Shown here piece after piece: positions 15,289 to 25,084 of a stretch of DNA of 64,000 bases. This stretch comes from Sedimentisphaerales bacterium (GTDB lineage: Bacteria; Planctomycetota; Phycisphaerae; Sedimentisphaerales; UBA12454), in the NCBI GenBank assembly GCA_049518795.1, contig JBEKRK010000001.1, forward strand, positions 270,477 to 334,476. Direction: 5' to 3'. The notes below the pieces were generated by a model that searched no databases, was not told the origin of the DNA, and saw nothing but the letters and a program-made list of their open reading frames with translations. Numbering within the stretch: the first letter of the stretch is position 1; each line of letters starts with the position of its first letter. The position numbers and the translations under genes are program-made.

Positions 15289-17373
15289 ATGATAAAAATG
15301 GGACGAAAACACAGAATTGCAGCAATAGCCGGGCTGCTGATTTTAGGCCTGATTGTTTTGGTTTGGGCCAAGAGACCTACTCCATCAATTACAGCGGCTT
15401 CCGTCAATAAAAAATCTGTTAAAACTAATAAAACAGAAAATAAAAAAGGTAACATAACAGACAACAATCAGGTTTCAGACAGCAATGCCGTCAAAGGCAA
15501 ATCTAAAAAAGCAAAGGGTAAAAAATCGACAGACAGGAAGACTAAAATCGAAGATGACAATCAGGTATCGGACAGCAACTGGATAATGGAACTGGCTAAA
15601 GGAATTGCACCATCTGTTCTGGCTGATGTAAATGATAATAAAAATAACATATCAACGGATAGTAATGATGTCTTGGATGCCAATAAGCCTGCCGACAATA
15701 ATTTACCTGACGCCAATAATATAAAGAAAAAAGAGGACAAGCCGCCGACGGAGGCGGTTTTGCCGTTGCCTACCCCCAAATTTGCTGAACTGTCAGCAAA
15801 TTTGAGCAATACCCGAACCGGAGTTCAATCGCTTGTGTTTGTAAGGAATATGCCGATAATAGACGCACTTCAGCTTTTGGCGGTTCGATATGGCAAAAAT
15901 ATTATTCCTACATCGAGTGTAACCGGCTCTCTCAATTTCAACAGGCTCAATAACGTAAATTTCGAAGAGGCGATGAGTGCGATTCTGGGTAACGATTACA
16001 GGTATCAGCAGCAGGGGAATCTGGTAAAAGTATATTCGGTAAAGGAATATCAGAATAACGAAATGATTTGCAGAGTATTTACCCTGTATTACATTTCCGC
16101 AGCCGAGGCGAAAAAGATGATTGTTCCTGTGTTGAGTCCCGACGGCAAAATTGAAGTTACAGCCGCGGCCCAGACCGGCGTGCCGGTCGAAGAAACTGTC
16201 AGCGCGCCGTCAGGTGCGGGAGATGCCGTAGCCATAAATGATATGGTTGTAGTGTATGATTATCCGGACCGAATAGAACGGGCCGAACAGATTATAGCCG
16301 CTATAGATGTCAGACCAAAGCAGGTTCTTATCGAGGCGACAATAATGACGGCAACCCTTACTAATGGAATGCAGCTTGGCGTTGACTGGCAATATCTTGA
16401 AAAAACAGTTCTTAGCGGTCTTGTAACAACTCAATCCCGGCCAAACGGTTATATTAACGTTTCAGGCAGTTCGACGACAATGACAGGCACTACAGGTATT
16501 GACGGCGGCCTAACCGTAGGCACAACAATGGGCGGTGTGGCGGCATTTATCAAAGCTGTAGAATCAATTACCGATGTTACTATATTAGCCAATCCGAAAA
16601 TACTGGCAGCAAATAAGCAGTTAGGACAGGTATATATTGGAACAAAGGTCGCCTATCAGTCGCAGACGACGCAAAGCAGCGGCAACGACAACACAACTGC
16701 GAAAGTGGAATTCCTCGATACAGGCACGAAATTATCCTTCAGGCCGTATATCGGAGACGATGGTTATATACGAATGGATATTCATCCCAAAGACAGTTCG
16801 GCCTCTCTCAGGACGATTTCCACAGGAGTTTCGGCTCCTGATGAAACATCAGCGGAAATAGTTACAAATATAGTAGTTAAAGACGGTGAAACGATAGTTA
16901 TAGGCGGGCTTTTCAGGGATAAAATAAGCACGGTGAAAAAACAGGTGCCTTTGCTTGGCAGTATACCGGTTGTCGGCGTAGCCTTTAGCGACCATGCTGA
17001 TGAAGCCATAAGAGAAGAGGTGATTGTTCTTCTGACGCCGCATATTATTGACGAGCCAAGCCAGGCAGATGGCGCTGAAAGAGCCGAGGACGTTGCTCGC
17101 AAGAAGATGGGAGCTGAAGATGAACTTCATCCAACCAACAGGATGAAGATGGCCTCCGAGTGTTATGAAAGAGCTGCGGTATTATACGTCGGCGGCAGAA
17201 AGACCGAAGCATTAAAGGAGCTCAAGAGCGCAATTGAATTATATCCAAATTATTTAGAAGCAATTGCGCTCGAAGAAAAGATTTTCAGTGAAATAGACCC
17301 GAAGAAAAAACCGGTCAGGAAAACAATTGATAAAGCCGAAAAGCCGGAATCGAACAAGTGGCGCAGAAAGTAG
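15289..17373 (+). CDS. secretin (GspD/PilQ family) with Lys-rich N-terminal region and C-terminal TPR-like tail
   Basis: 694 aa. Signal/TM at the N-terminus, duplicated D(N/D)NQVSDSN unit, secretin C-domain ending ...VPLLGSIPVVGVAFS, then a TPR-like helix pair (ALKELKSAIELYPNYLEAIALEEK). Confidence 0.88.
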   Translation: MIKMGRKHRIAAIAGLLILGLIVLVWAKRPTPSITAASVNKKSVKTNKTENKKGNITDNNQVSDSNAVKGKSKKAKGKKSTDRKTKIEDDNQVSDSNWIMELAKGIAPSVLADVNDNKNNISTDSNDVLDANKPADNNLPDANNIKKKEDKPPTEAVLPLPTPKFAELSANLSNTRTGVQSLVFVRNMPIIDALQLLAVRYGKNIIPTSSVTGSLNFNRLNNVNFEEAMSAILGNDYRYQQQGNLVKVYSVKEYQNNEMICRVFTLYYISAAEAKKMIVPVLSPDGKIEVTAAAQTGVPVEETVSAPSGAGDAVAINDMVVVYDYPDRIERAEQIIAAIDVRPKQVLIEATIMTATLTNGMQLGVDWQYLEKTVLSGLVTTQSRPNGYINVSGSSTTMTGTTGIDGGLTVGTTMGGVAAFIKAVESITDVTILANPKILAANKQLGQVYIGTKVAYQSQTTQSSGNDNTTAKVEFLDTGTKLSFRPYIGDDGYIRMDIHPKDSSASLRTISTGVSAPDETSAEIVTNIVVKDGETIVIGGLFRDKISTVKKQVPLLGSIPVVGVAFSDHADEAIREEVIVLLTPHIIDEPSQADGAERAEDVARKKMGAEDELHPTNRMKMASECYERAAVLYVGGRKTEALKELKSAIELYPNYLEAIALEEKIFSEIDPKKKPVRKTIDKAEKPESNKWRRK

Positions 17374-17384
17374 GGGGGCGTTAA

Positions 17385-17837
17385 ATGCGGATGCCTGGGA
17401 AAAACAGTAGAGCCGGTTATACACTTTTTGAGGTGTGTGTGGCGATGATTATTATCTGTATTCTTGTCAGCATCTGCGCACCGATATACACAAAAGCTAT
17501 TGAACAGGCCCGGTTAGACAGCGCTGCCGGCAATTTGAAAACTATATGGGCGGCACAAAGAGCATATTGGCTGAAAAACAAAACATTTGCCTCGAATCTG
17601 ACATTGCTGGGGGATGAAAATTTAATAGGCACGTCTCTTGCCACGCAAAGCGAACCAAATGCGATGTATGTTTATGATATAGAAGATGCCGATGCCATCT
17701 CCTTTAGCGCATCTGCGGTAAGGAACGGGAGCAGAACCTGGACAGGCCAAATTCTAATTGATGAAAATGGTCGGCTTAGCGGCAGTATAAGCAAGGAAGG
17801 GTCTTCCATAACTCTCGAACCTCTGACATTGGAATAA
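17385..17837 (+). CDS. pseudopilin (GspG-like)
   Basis: 150 aa. Leader MRMPGKNSRAG|YTLFEVCVAMIIICILVSI (E+5 present). The Shine-Dalgarno region is an uninterrupted G6 run (17373..17378). Confidence 0.75.
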   Translation: MRMPGKNSRAGYTLFEVCVAMIIICILVSICAPIYTKAIEQARLDSAAGNLKTIWAAQRAYWLKNKTFASNLTLLGDENLIGTSLATQSEPNAMYVYDIEDADAISFSASAVRNGSRTWTGQILIDENGRLSGSISKEGSSITLEPLTLE

Positions 17838-17838
17838 A

Positions 17839-18252
17839 ATGAAAAAATTACTCTCAAAATTTCGAGGCAGAAGAATTTCGGCAGAAGCTTTCAGCCTTGT
17901 TGAGCTGGAGGTAACATTAGTGATACTTGCGATAGGTCTGTTTGGTTTCGCCGGTTTGTTCAAAGTTTATTCGCAGCAGATAAGTTTTATAGAAAGATAC
18001 AGCGAACCTAATATGTATGTGAATAATCCGGAAGAAGAAGCGATAGAATTCTGGCTTGTGTCTCAATCCAATCAATGGATGCGTCAGATTGGAGCGCCTG
18101 CAGCAATAAGCAAATCGGCAGGACAAACTGCCTGGACTCCGCCGGTGGACGGCAACGACATCGGACAATACACAGTTACAATGACTTCCACGCCTGTAAA
18201 GAATTTTGCCTTAAACAAAGCTGTTGTAAATATAAAAGTTGTGAAAAATTAA
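17839..18252 (+). CDS. minor pseudopilin
   Basis: 137 aa. ...SAEA|FSLVELEVTLVILAIGLFGF, with an atypical A at -1. Confidence 0.65.
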   Translation: MKKLLSKFRGRRISAEAFSLVELEVTLVILAIGLFGFAGLFKVYSQQISFIERYSEPNMYVNNPEEEAIEFWLVSQSNQWMRQIGAPAAISKSAGQTAWTPPVDGNDIGQYTVTMTSTPVKNFALNKAVVNIKVVKN

Positions 18253-18263
18253 AAAGAATATAG

Positions 18264-18755
18264 ATGAAAACAGATGAGAAAAATTTGCATTTATTTAGAA
18301 TGACCAAAAGCGGGTTCACGCTTATGGAACTTCTTGTCGTATCTATACTTATGGTTGTAGTGATGATGATTACGGCCCAGTTTTGGAGATGGTTTTCGCC
18401 CGGCGTCGCTGATTTAATTGCCAGAGAGCGTCTTATGCGAGAATCACGTATAATGATGCAGAGCCTTGCTTATGATTTTGGTGCGGCAAGTGAAATTTCA
18501 GGCGGAGGCCAGCTTTTTATTGACGGCAATATACGATATTATCAAGAAGGCAATGGAGACCTTAATCTTTATCGCCAGGACATTTCAGGAGGAACGGATT
18601 TTGCCATTGCCGATTGCGTATCGGATTTTTCGGTTGAAGAAAATCCGTCCGGCTCGAATCTTTGGCAAATCACTGTGCAACTTGAGGCACGCGCTTATAA
18701 AAATAATCAGCCTTTCAGGAAAGAAATAGTTTTTCACTGGAGTCCGCCGGATTAG
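18264..18755 (+). CDS. minor pseudopilin (GspJ-like size)
   Basis: 163 aa. ...MTKSG|FTLMELLVVSILMVVVMMI, a canonical prepilin site. Confidence 0.7.
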   Translation: MKTDEKNLHLFRMTKSGFTLMELLVVSILMVVVMMITAQFWRWFSPGVADLIARERLMRESRIMMQSLAYDFGAASEISGGGQLFIDGNIRYYQEGNGDLNLYRQDISGGTDFAIADCVSDFSVEENPSGSNLWQITVQLEARAYKNNQPFRKEIVFHWSPPD

Positions 18756-18764
18756 GAACAATAT

Positions 18765-19178
18765 ATGAAAAATTATTACAGGAATAAAGGCTTCGCACTG
18801 GCGGGTGCAATAATGTTTCTTCTGCTTGTGATGATTATGTGGATTGGAGTTACAAGACAGCTGGGGACGAATCTGGATATAGAAGAACATATTCAAAATC
18901 AAAAAGCATATTATGATGGCTGCGGAAAAGCAATTTCCTGGGGCCTGACGCTTTGCGAAACTGGTTATCCTTATACAGGAACCGCGTCAAAATCTTATTG
19001 GGTGCAGATAGACTCACAAAAGTATGTGATAGTATATGACAGAATACAACCTTATTTGGAAATTATTTCCCATTTTCCTTTTTTTCGAGTAGTGTATAAT
19101 TATGAAGTAACCGCAAGGCCGTATGTTACCGGTTCTGACGACAGTATCCGGGCTGCGCCGAATAGTTTTGGCACTTAA
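18765..19178 (+). CDS. minor pseudopilin lacking Glu+5 (GspK-like feature)
   Basis: 137 aa. ...YRNKG|FALAGAIMFLLLVMIMW, with no E at +5. Confidence 0.55.
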   Translation: MKNYYRNKGFALAGAIMFLLLVMIMWIGVTRQLGTNLDIEEHIQNQKAYYDGCGKAISWGLTLCETGYPYTGTASKSYWVQIDSQKYVIVYDRIQPYLEIISHFPFFRVVYNYEVTARPYVTGSDDSIRAAPNSFGT

Positions 19179-19196
19179 TCTTAATCAAGGCAATCA

Positions 19197-20519
19197 TTAG
19201 CCGGTTTTCCAGCGGCCCGGCTGCTGCTTTGCTCTGGCAAGGTCAAATATATTCAGAATATTTTTGAAATATTCCATCTCAATTCCGACATTTTGGCTCT
19301 GCTCTGTCGGCGCAGGCGTCATCCATAACATTTTCGGCTCTTTTGCCTTTGCGTAAAGTTCAATTGTTCTCATCCGGTCGGATTTGTCGTTTTTCAGCCC
19401 ATTTGTGAAAAGCACCGGGCAGGGACTTATCTGCGAAATGTCATTGTAAATTTTTTCCGCTCCCCAGTCAGTTCGGCCAATATCCATAGATATAGCCGTT
19501 CTCGTTATCTTTAATAGGGCATTTTCAAGCCATTTGGGAAGATAATCGCCTAAGCCGTCCGGCAGAGAAGCTTCATATCCGGATGCGTTGTCGATTACCG
19601 CAGCAGTCAGCCTGTAGTCCGCACCGGCGGCAGCGATAAGGGCGGCTGCGCCTTCGTTTATGCCGAGCCCAAAGACATACCTGCTCGATGCCGCATATCT
19701 GGTTTTAAGATAATCGATGGCGCAAATAATATCATTGGCTTCGTTGACTGCGAAACTGTATTTATGTCCGCTGCTGTTGCCGTTGCCGCGTGAATCGAAC
19801 AGCAGGACGTTATAGCCGTTGTTGCTTAAAACGCCGGCGTAGCTAAGGAAGAAATTTTTTGACGGGCTTCTGCCGGGAGCGATTATTACCGCCGAATCCG
19901 ATATGCCGGTTGCCGCGGGGATAAATAAGCCGTCAAGCTTTGTTCCATCGCTGCCATTAAAGCAAAACCGCTGATATTTCATATCCGCCAAATTTTGCGG
20001 GCTGCCGGCGCCTGCGAATTTTATCCAGTGAGTTGTAAAAACCGCAACTAAATACGGCACAACCACAAAAATCATAAAAGCTGTGCGGACTGCGCCTTTT
20101 ATTGCGTTTTTAGCAAATGAGTTTTTTATTCTCAGGATAAATGAAAGCGCCTGATTAAGGGTTCTGTCAAGCAGCCCAATAATCGTATAAACCGACAGCA
20201 AAAAGTAAACCGCAATCGGCAATTCAGACCAGTTAATTTTTATGTGAGGTATGAATTGCGTAAAAGCGATTAAGTAACCTGCCGCCAAAAGTGTAATTAA
20301 AATCGTTAAAACCAGGTATGGCACAATATTTTTTTTGGTAATTTGGGGTTTGAAAATAATCAGCCAGGAGAGAACAAGCGGGACAGATAAAAAATGAACT
20401 AAATCCAAAATTGAGCCGGCGCCTATAAAATATATTCCTGCAGCGAGCCAGAAAACAAAAGACAAAACAAAAAGTGAAAAACGATGAACGACTTTTGTAA
20501 ACAGCAAATTATACCTCAA
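19197..20519 (-). CDS. membrane-anchored alpha/beta-hydrolase-fold protein, nucleophile apparently substituted
   Basis: 440 aa. ~5 N-terminal TM segments, then LFDSRGNGNSSG...DYLK...VFGLGINEGAAALIAAA. The nucleophile elbow reads G-I-N-E-G instead of GxSxG. Confidence 0.6.
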   Translation of the reverse strand: MRYNLLFTKVVHRFSLFVLSFVFWLAAGIYFIGAGSILDLVHFLSVPLVLSWLIIFKPQITKKNIVPYLVLTILITLLAAGYLIAFTQFIPHIKINWSELPIAVYFLLSVYTIIGLLDRTLNQALSFILRIKNSFAKNAIKGAVRTAFMIFVVVPYLVAVFTTHWIKFAGAGSPQNLADMKYQRFCFNGSDGTKLDGLFIPAATGISDSAVIIAPGRSPSKNFFLSYAGVLSNNGYNVLLFDSRGNGNSSGHKYSFAVNEANDIICAIDYLKTRYAASSRYVFGLGINEGAAALIAAAGADYRLTAAVIDNASGYEASLPDGLGDYLPKWLENALLKITRTAISMDIGRTDWGAEKIYNDISQISPCPVLFTNGLKNDKSDRMRTIELYAKAKEPKMLWMTPAPTEQSQNVGIEMEYFKNILNIFDLARAKQQPGRWKTG

Positions 20520-20724
20520 TAATTTTATTTCAAACCCTGATTTAGAACCCCAAGATATAGCGTCATTATACCAAAAATTGAAGCGATTTTGAAGAGAAAA
20601 GCCCGAAAACGCACATTAAAAAGCGAAAAAGACGGAAATTAAGCTTCAATTCACAAAATTATAGGGTGTAATTTGAAAAATTAAGGTTAAATCCTTATCT
20701 TTAGATGAGTACGCAATCAATAAA

Positions 20725-22599
20725 TTACTTTTGGATATATCTGCGGCCTGTCTTGTAAAGTTCTATCCGGTTCTGGATTTCACTAATCAGGTTTTCCTGA
20801 CCGCTGGCTTTTGCGATGTTGACGGCTTGTTGGGCCGTTGTTATTGCGTCGTTAAACCTGCCCGCAGCGGCATAGGCAGCAGCCAAAGTATCCAAAATAT
20901 TGATGTCCTTATACCCTGTAAGTTCGCAGGCATGCTGAGCAAATTCTATAGCTTTGTTGGCATCCTGAACGGAATTGCCTGACGTAGTGGCCAACAGCCA
21001 AGCCAAATTGTTGAGAACGCCAGTGCTGTTAGGTTCTATCTCCACCGCCCTTGTCCAGTTCTGAATAGCCGGTCTATACTTACCCAGTTTATTATAAGCT
21101 ATGCCAAGATTTACATACACTTCTGCAGAGTCCTGTTTATTTTTTAAAAGCTCGTTGAAGCACCAAATGGCCTCATTAAACTTTCCTTGTTTCAGAAAAA
21201 CCGCCCCCAGATTGTCGCGGGCGTCGGCATACGTCGGATTTATCTTGACCGCATTGCTTAAGTGCAGGACAGCCTCCCTGTCACGACCCGCTTTAAACAG
21301 AACGTATCCATAATTGTTCTCCATTACCGCATTGTTTTTTGTTGTCTTCAGAGCATACTCAAACAGTGTTATACTATTTTGCCAATGCCTTACCTGCATT
21401 CGCGTGAGTATAACTAACGACAATAGTATGACTGCGGCTAATACCGCCGGGACTATTTTCCAGCGAGGCCGCTTGGCAACGAAATCTTTAACGGTCCAGG
21501 TGATGATGATAAGTAGGCCCAGAACCGGTATATACATATATCGATTGGCCATTGCCTGCGCACCAGACTGAACCAGTCCTATCATCGGGACCAGTGTTCC
21601 GACATACCATAGCCAGCCTACTGCAATATACCTTCTGCGTCGGCCGATATAAATGCTGAATACTGATAGCAGGATAAACAATAATGCACAGAACACCACG
21701 ATGGTTTCCGAAAGGTTTGTATATGGATGTGGATATAACACAGCAAGTCGGCTTGGCCATACTGTTTTGCCGATATATCTGATATAAGAGAGGAATATAT
21801 TGGCGATTCGTAAATCCAGAGACATTTTCTCTAATGGTGAGAGAGCTCCTCCAGATTGCTGCACAAAGAAAGTTACTATACTCAAAAATACCGACATTGC
21901 AAGCAAAGGAATTTTCTCGATTATCAGCCGTCGTATAGACACCTCCTGCCGGTTTTTTCCCTTTCGGACATTTTTGGTTTGTTGTCCAAATTTAATCCGG
22001 CCAAGAGGCCAGTAGTCCAACAGGAGCAGGGCAAGCGGAAGGGTAACGACAGTAGGTTTAGTCAGAATACAAAGACCGAAAACAAGTAGCAGCAATATAT
22101 ATCGTCCTGCTGACGATTTTCTGGTATAATGTATATAGGCGGCTGTTGCCAGCAGCCAAAACAAGCCGCTTAAAACGGTCTTCAATTCGGCTGCCCAGGC
22201 AACTGATTCTACCTGAAGGGGGTGCAGCGCGAAAACTGCGGCTACGAAGGCACTAGGCCAGATTGCCCCTGTCATATCTGTCAGAATCCAAAAAAGCAGC
22301 ATCGTATTGGCGATGTGGAGCAGCAAATTGATGAAATGATGCCCAACAGGATTAAGTCCAAAAAGTTCATAGTCCAGCATATTCGTGATTGTGGTCAGGG
22401 GATGCCACATATGGGAATGTGGCTGCGTGAACGCTCGGCCAAGCGATTGGAATGTTATTGGGGCTTTTACATCAGGATTTTCAGTGATGTATTTCGTGTC
22501 GTCGTAGCTGACGAAATCATTATGCCGAACCGGCTCATAAGCAATAAACGTGGCTAAACAAATGCCAATGTATATTAAAGCCTTAACGCGTAATTCCAT
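20725..22599 (-). CDS. TMTC-like polytopic membrane protein with C-terminal TPR repeats (GT-C-like)
   Basis: 624 aa. N-terminal YEPVRHNDFVSYDDTKYITENPDV, ~10 TM segments, and a C-terminal array of TPR repeats (NNYGYVLFKAGRDREAVLHL...). Confidence 0.65.
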   Translation of the reverse strand: MELRVKALIYIGICLATFIAYEPVRHNDFVSYDDTKYITENPDVKAPITFQSLGRAFTQPHSHMWHPLTTITNMLDYELFGLNPVGHHFINLLLHIANTMLLFWILTDMTGAIWPSAFVAAVFALHPLQVESVAWAAELKTVLSGLFWLLATAAYIHYTRKSSAGRYILLLLVFGLCILTKPTVVTLPLALLLLDYWPLGRIKFGQQTKNVRKGKNRQEVSIRRLIIEKIPLLAMSVFLSIVTFFVQQSGGALSPLEKMSLDLRIANIFLSYIRYIGKTVWPSRLAVLYPHPYTNLSETIVVFCALLFILLSVFSIYIGRRRRYIAVGWLWYVGTLVPMIGLVQSGAQAMANRYMYIPVLGLLIIITWTVKDFVAKRPRWKIVPAVLAAVILLSLVILTRMQVRHWQNSITLFEYALKTTKNNAVMENNYGYVLFKAGRDREAVLHLSNAVKINPTYADARDNLGAVFLKQGKFNEAIWCFNELLKNKQDSAEVYVNLGIAYNKLGKYRPAIQNWTRAVEIEPNSTGVLNNLAWLLATTSGNSVQDANKAIEFAQHACELTGYKDINILDTLAAAYAAAGRFNDAITTAQQAVNIAKASGQENLISEIQNRIELYKTGRRYIQK

Positions 22600-22619
22600 A
22601 TCCGGCCTTGAGTTAAAAA

Positions 22620-22692
<73 letters not shown>

Positions 22693-22976
22693 TTATTAAA
22701 GAGCCTATCCATAAAGATTGCTTAATTTACAGCGAAAAAACGAGTATTGCAAGGAAATTAAGGAGAACCCAGAGCAGGTGAGAAAGAACGTCAAACGATT
22801 GCGTTTGCGAGGCTCGCCCGCCGCGACTCGACGTCGCGTCGAGGCGGGTTTCGTCCATCGTAATACGGTTGCGTATGAAACCGCTGTAGACAGATAAATT
22901 TATTCGAGGTAAAAGGCTGTTTTTGGCTTGTTTTGCCATTTTATGAATATTTTTGCATAAAAATTAAACTTATTTG

Positions 22977-23004
22977 TTGCATTTGCCGTATTCTGCGGTA
23001 AAAT
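22977..23004 (+). promoter_or_regulatory. candidate sigma70-type promoter of cspA (long 5' UTR)
   Basis: TTGCAT-N16-TAAAAT, about 95 nt upstream of the GTG start. Confidence 0.35.
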
Positions 23005-23100
23005 ATTAGCTTAAGTGTAGGGAATATATTATTTCATCTCTCAATAGTACCTTCCCATCAAACATTGGCAGAGATATTAGTTTTTTTATAGGAGTTTAAA

Positions 23101-23304
23101 GTGAGTACAGGAACAGTAAAATGGTTTAATTCGGACAAAGGTTATGGTTTTATCACTCCCGATGACGGCAGCAGCGATTTATTCGTGCATCATTCGGAAG
23201 TAAAAACCACAGGTTACGCATCACTCAATGAAGGCCAAAAGGTCAATTTTGAGACCGGCCAGGGCAAAAAAGGCCCCTGCGCAAACAACGTAACGCCTGT
23301 CTAA
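23101..23304 (+). CDS. cspA: cold-shock protein (CspA family)
   Basis: 67 aa. [31 protein letters not shown] carries the RNP1 and RNP2 motifs. GTG start with GGAG upstream. Confidence 0.92.
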   Translation: MSTGTVKWFNSDKGYGFITPDDGSSDLFVHHSEVKTTGYASLNEGQKVNFETGQGKKGPCANNVTPV

Positions 23305-23328
23305 TTGGCAGCATAGTTTAAAACCTGA

Positions 23329-23356
23329 AAGGCCCGCTTAATGCGGGCCTTTTTAT
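23329..23356 (+). terminator. Rho-independent terminator of cspA
   Basis: GGCCCGC-ttaat-GCGGGCC followed by TTTTTATT. Confidence 0.8.
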
Positions 23357-23443
23357 TGCGCACGGTAGCCACAAAGACACGAAGGCATGAAGTTTTTTAT
23401 CGCTGATTACGCTGACCCGCCGGAGGCGGATAGACTGCGGGAT

Positions 23444-24640
23444 TTATTGCATTTCGAGGGTAATGAGAGTGATGTCATCTAATTCTGATGTATCTTTTGA
23501 TGATTTTGCGAGGATTTCAAATTCTGCGGTTAATTGCTTTGCAGGCATAGCTGCAATGTTTGTCCAGTCCTCGCTGAAATTCAGAGAACTTCCATTTTCC
23601 TTTGCGCCAAGGAATGGTTCACAGCCATCGGAATAAAGAATTAATTTGTCGCCGGGCTGGAGCTGGACCGAACCTTGTTCAAACAGGGCATCATCGAAAA
23701 TGCCAAGCAGAGAACCTCTTGTCTGAAGCTGAATCGGCGGATTGTCCTTTTTTATCAGAATCGGATAAGGATGGCCTGCACGGCAGTAGTCGAGCGTAAG
23801 CGTATCGGTATTTAACAGGCAGTAGCAGCAGGTAGCGAACAGGCAGCCTCGCAGGTGCTGAGCGAACATTTTCTGATTTAAGCTGGTAACGACCTCAAGA
23901 GGCGTGAAGATTTTATATTCGTTGCCGATGGTTTGACGCATCTGGATGGCCTGTTTGAGAAACATAGTCAGCAGGGCAGCAGGCATCGAATGGCCAACGG
24001 CATCGGCTATATAAAAGCCTATATGTTTTTCATCTATTCTGGTTATATCGTAGATATCGCCTGAGACCCAGTCGGCGGGCATAAAGGCGACAGACCATTT
24101 GAGTTTGTCACTGTCCGGCAGGGTTTGCGGAAGGAAATCTCTCTGAACTGCGCCAGCCATTTTTAACTGGTTTTCAAGCTGCAGAGCGTGATTGTCTTTA
24201 GCTATGTCGCCGGAATTATAATTTTTGAGTTCAGCGGTGTGCTTTCGATAAACATTGCTTATTTTCAGGACAGGTATAATCTGACGTGCGGATATTTTTT
24301 CAATTACGTTGAGCATTCTAAGATGCTCTGGATTGATGTCGGTTGTGCTTGGGCAAAGTATGGTTGGGATGTTTGCACGGTCTAAAAGTTCGATAATTTC
24401 GAGCAGTTTTTTATGGTGGGACGCGGTTATTGATTCGGCGTCGATTACGGCGGTGCCGATTTTGTCGGGATTGAATTCCATTTCGAAAAATTTGTCAAAG
24501 TCAACGATTTGCCATTTGTATGCTGTTTCATTATCTATGATTTTACGGATTTCCGGACGGACAATTTCCCCGATGGATACCAGCAGGGCATCGATGAAGT
24601 CCGTTACGTTTTTCGTTGATTTTGTAAGAATTTCGGGCAT
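23444..24640 (-). CDS. SpoIIE/PP2C-family serine phosphatase (RsbU-like)
   Basis: 398 aa. The C-terminal half has GDIYD...GFYIADAVGHSMPAALL...LILYSDG..., typical of PPM/SpoIIE. The N-terminal ~150 aa are unassigned. Confidence 0.8.
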   Translation of the reverse strand: MPEILTKSTKNVTDFIDALLVSIGEIVRPEIRKIIDNETAYKWQIVDFDKFFEMEFNPDKIGTAVIDAESITASHHKKLLEIIELLDRANIPTILCPSTTDINPEHLRMLNVIEKISARQIIPVLKISNVYRKHTAELKNYNSGDIAKDNHALQLENQLKMAGAVQRDFLPQTLPDSDKLKWSVAFMPADWVSGDIYDITRIDEKHIGFYIADAVGHSMPAALLTMFLKQAIQMRQTIGNEYKIFTPLEVVTSLNQKMFAQHLRGCLFATCCYCLLNTDTLTLDYCRAGHPYPILIKKDNPPIQLQTRGSLLGIFDDALFEQGSVQLQPGDKLILYSDGCEPFLGAKENGSSLNFSEDWTNIAAMPAKQLTAEFEILAKSSKDTSELDDITLITLEMQ

Positions 24641-24734
24641 TTTTTAAGTCACAGAGATATATAATTCTAACTGCTTTTTTGTTATAATCTTATGTCGGCG
24701 ATTTTTACGTGCGACTTAGGCAGGCGGCTTTTTA

Positions 24735-24763
24735 TTGACAATCTAAAGTGGATATTTTAAGAT
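24735..24763 (+). promoter_or_regulatory. candidate promoter
   Basis: TTGACA-N17-TAAGAT, 38 nt upstream of the 24801 ORF. Confidence 0.4.
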
Positions 24764-24800
24764 TTTATCGGTCTTTAGCTGATTATTTGGAGGTTTTACA

Positions 24801-25079
24801 ATGTATTACGGTGTTTGTCACGCGGCATCTGGTTGTGGTGCGGAAGTGGCGCCATTAGTGGCAGTCCCAATTATGATTTTTTTCTTTATGGCACTGGGGT
24901 TGTTTTTTACAGCCATTTTTCTGTTTAAACTGTTTCTGTGGTGGCGGGTTTTTTCCAAGACCGGCTACAGCGGGGCGTTTGGACTGCTTTTACTTGTGCC
25001 GTTCGGAGCGTTTATAATGCTCTGCATCCTTGCTTTTTCAACCTGGCCGATAACGAAGAAGCCTGAACAGAAAACGTAA
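24801..25079 (+). CDS. small membrane protein (2-3 TM), unknown function
   Basis: 92-aa hydrophobic ORF with GGAGG 8 nt upstream. Confidence 0.5.
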   Translation: MYYGVCHAASGCGAEVAPLVAVPIMIFFFMALGLFFTAIFLFKLFLWWRVFSKTGYSGAFGLLLLVPFGAFIMLCILAFSTWPITKKPEQKT

Positions 25080-25084
25080 AGTTG

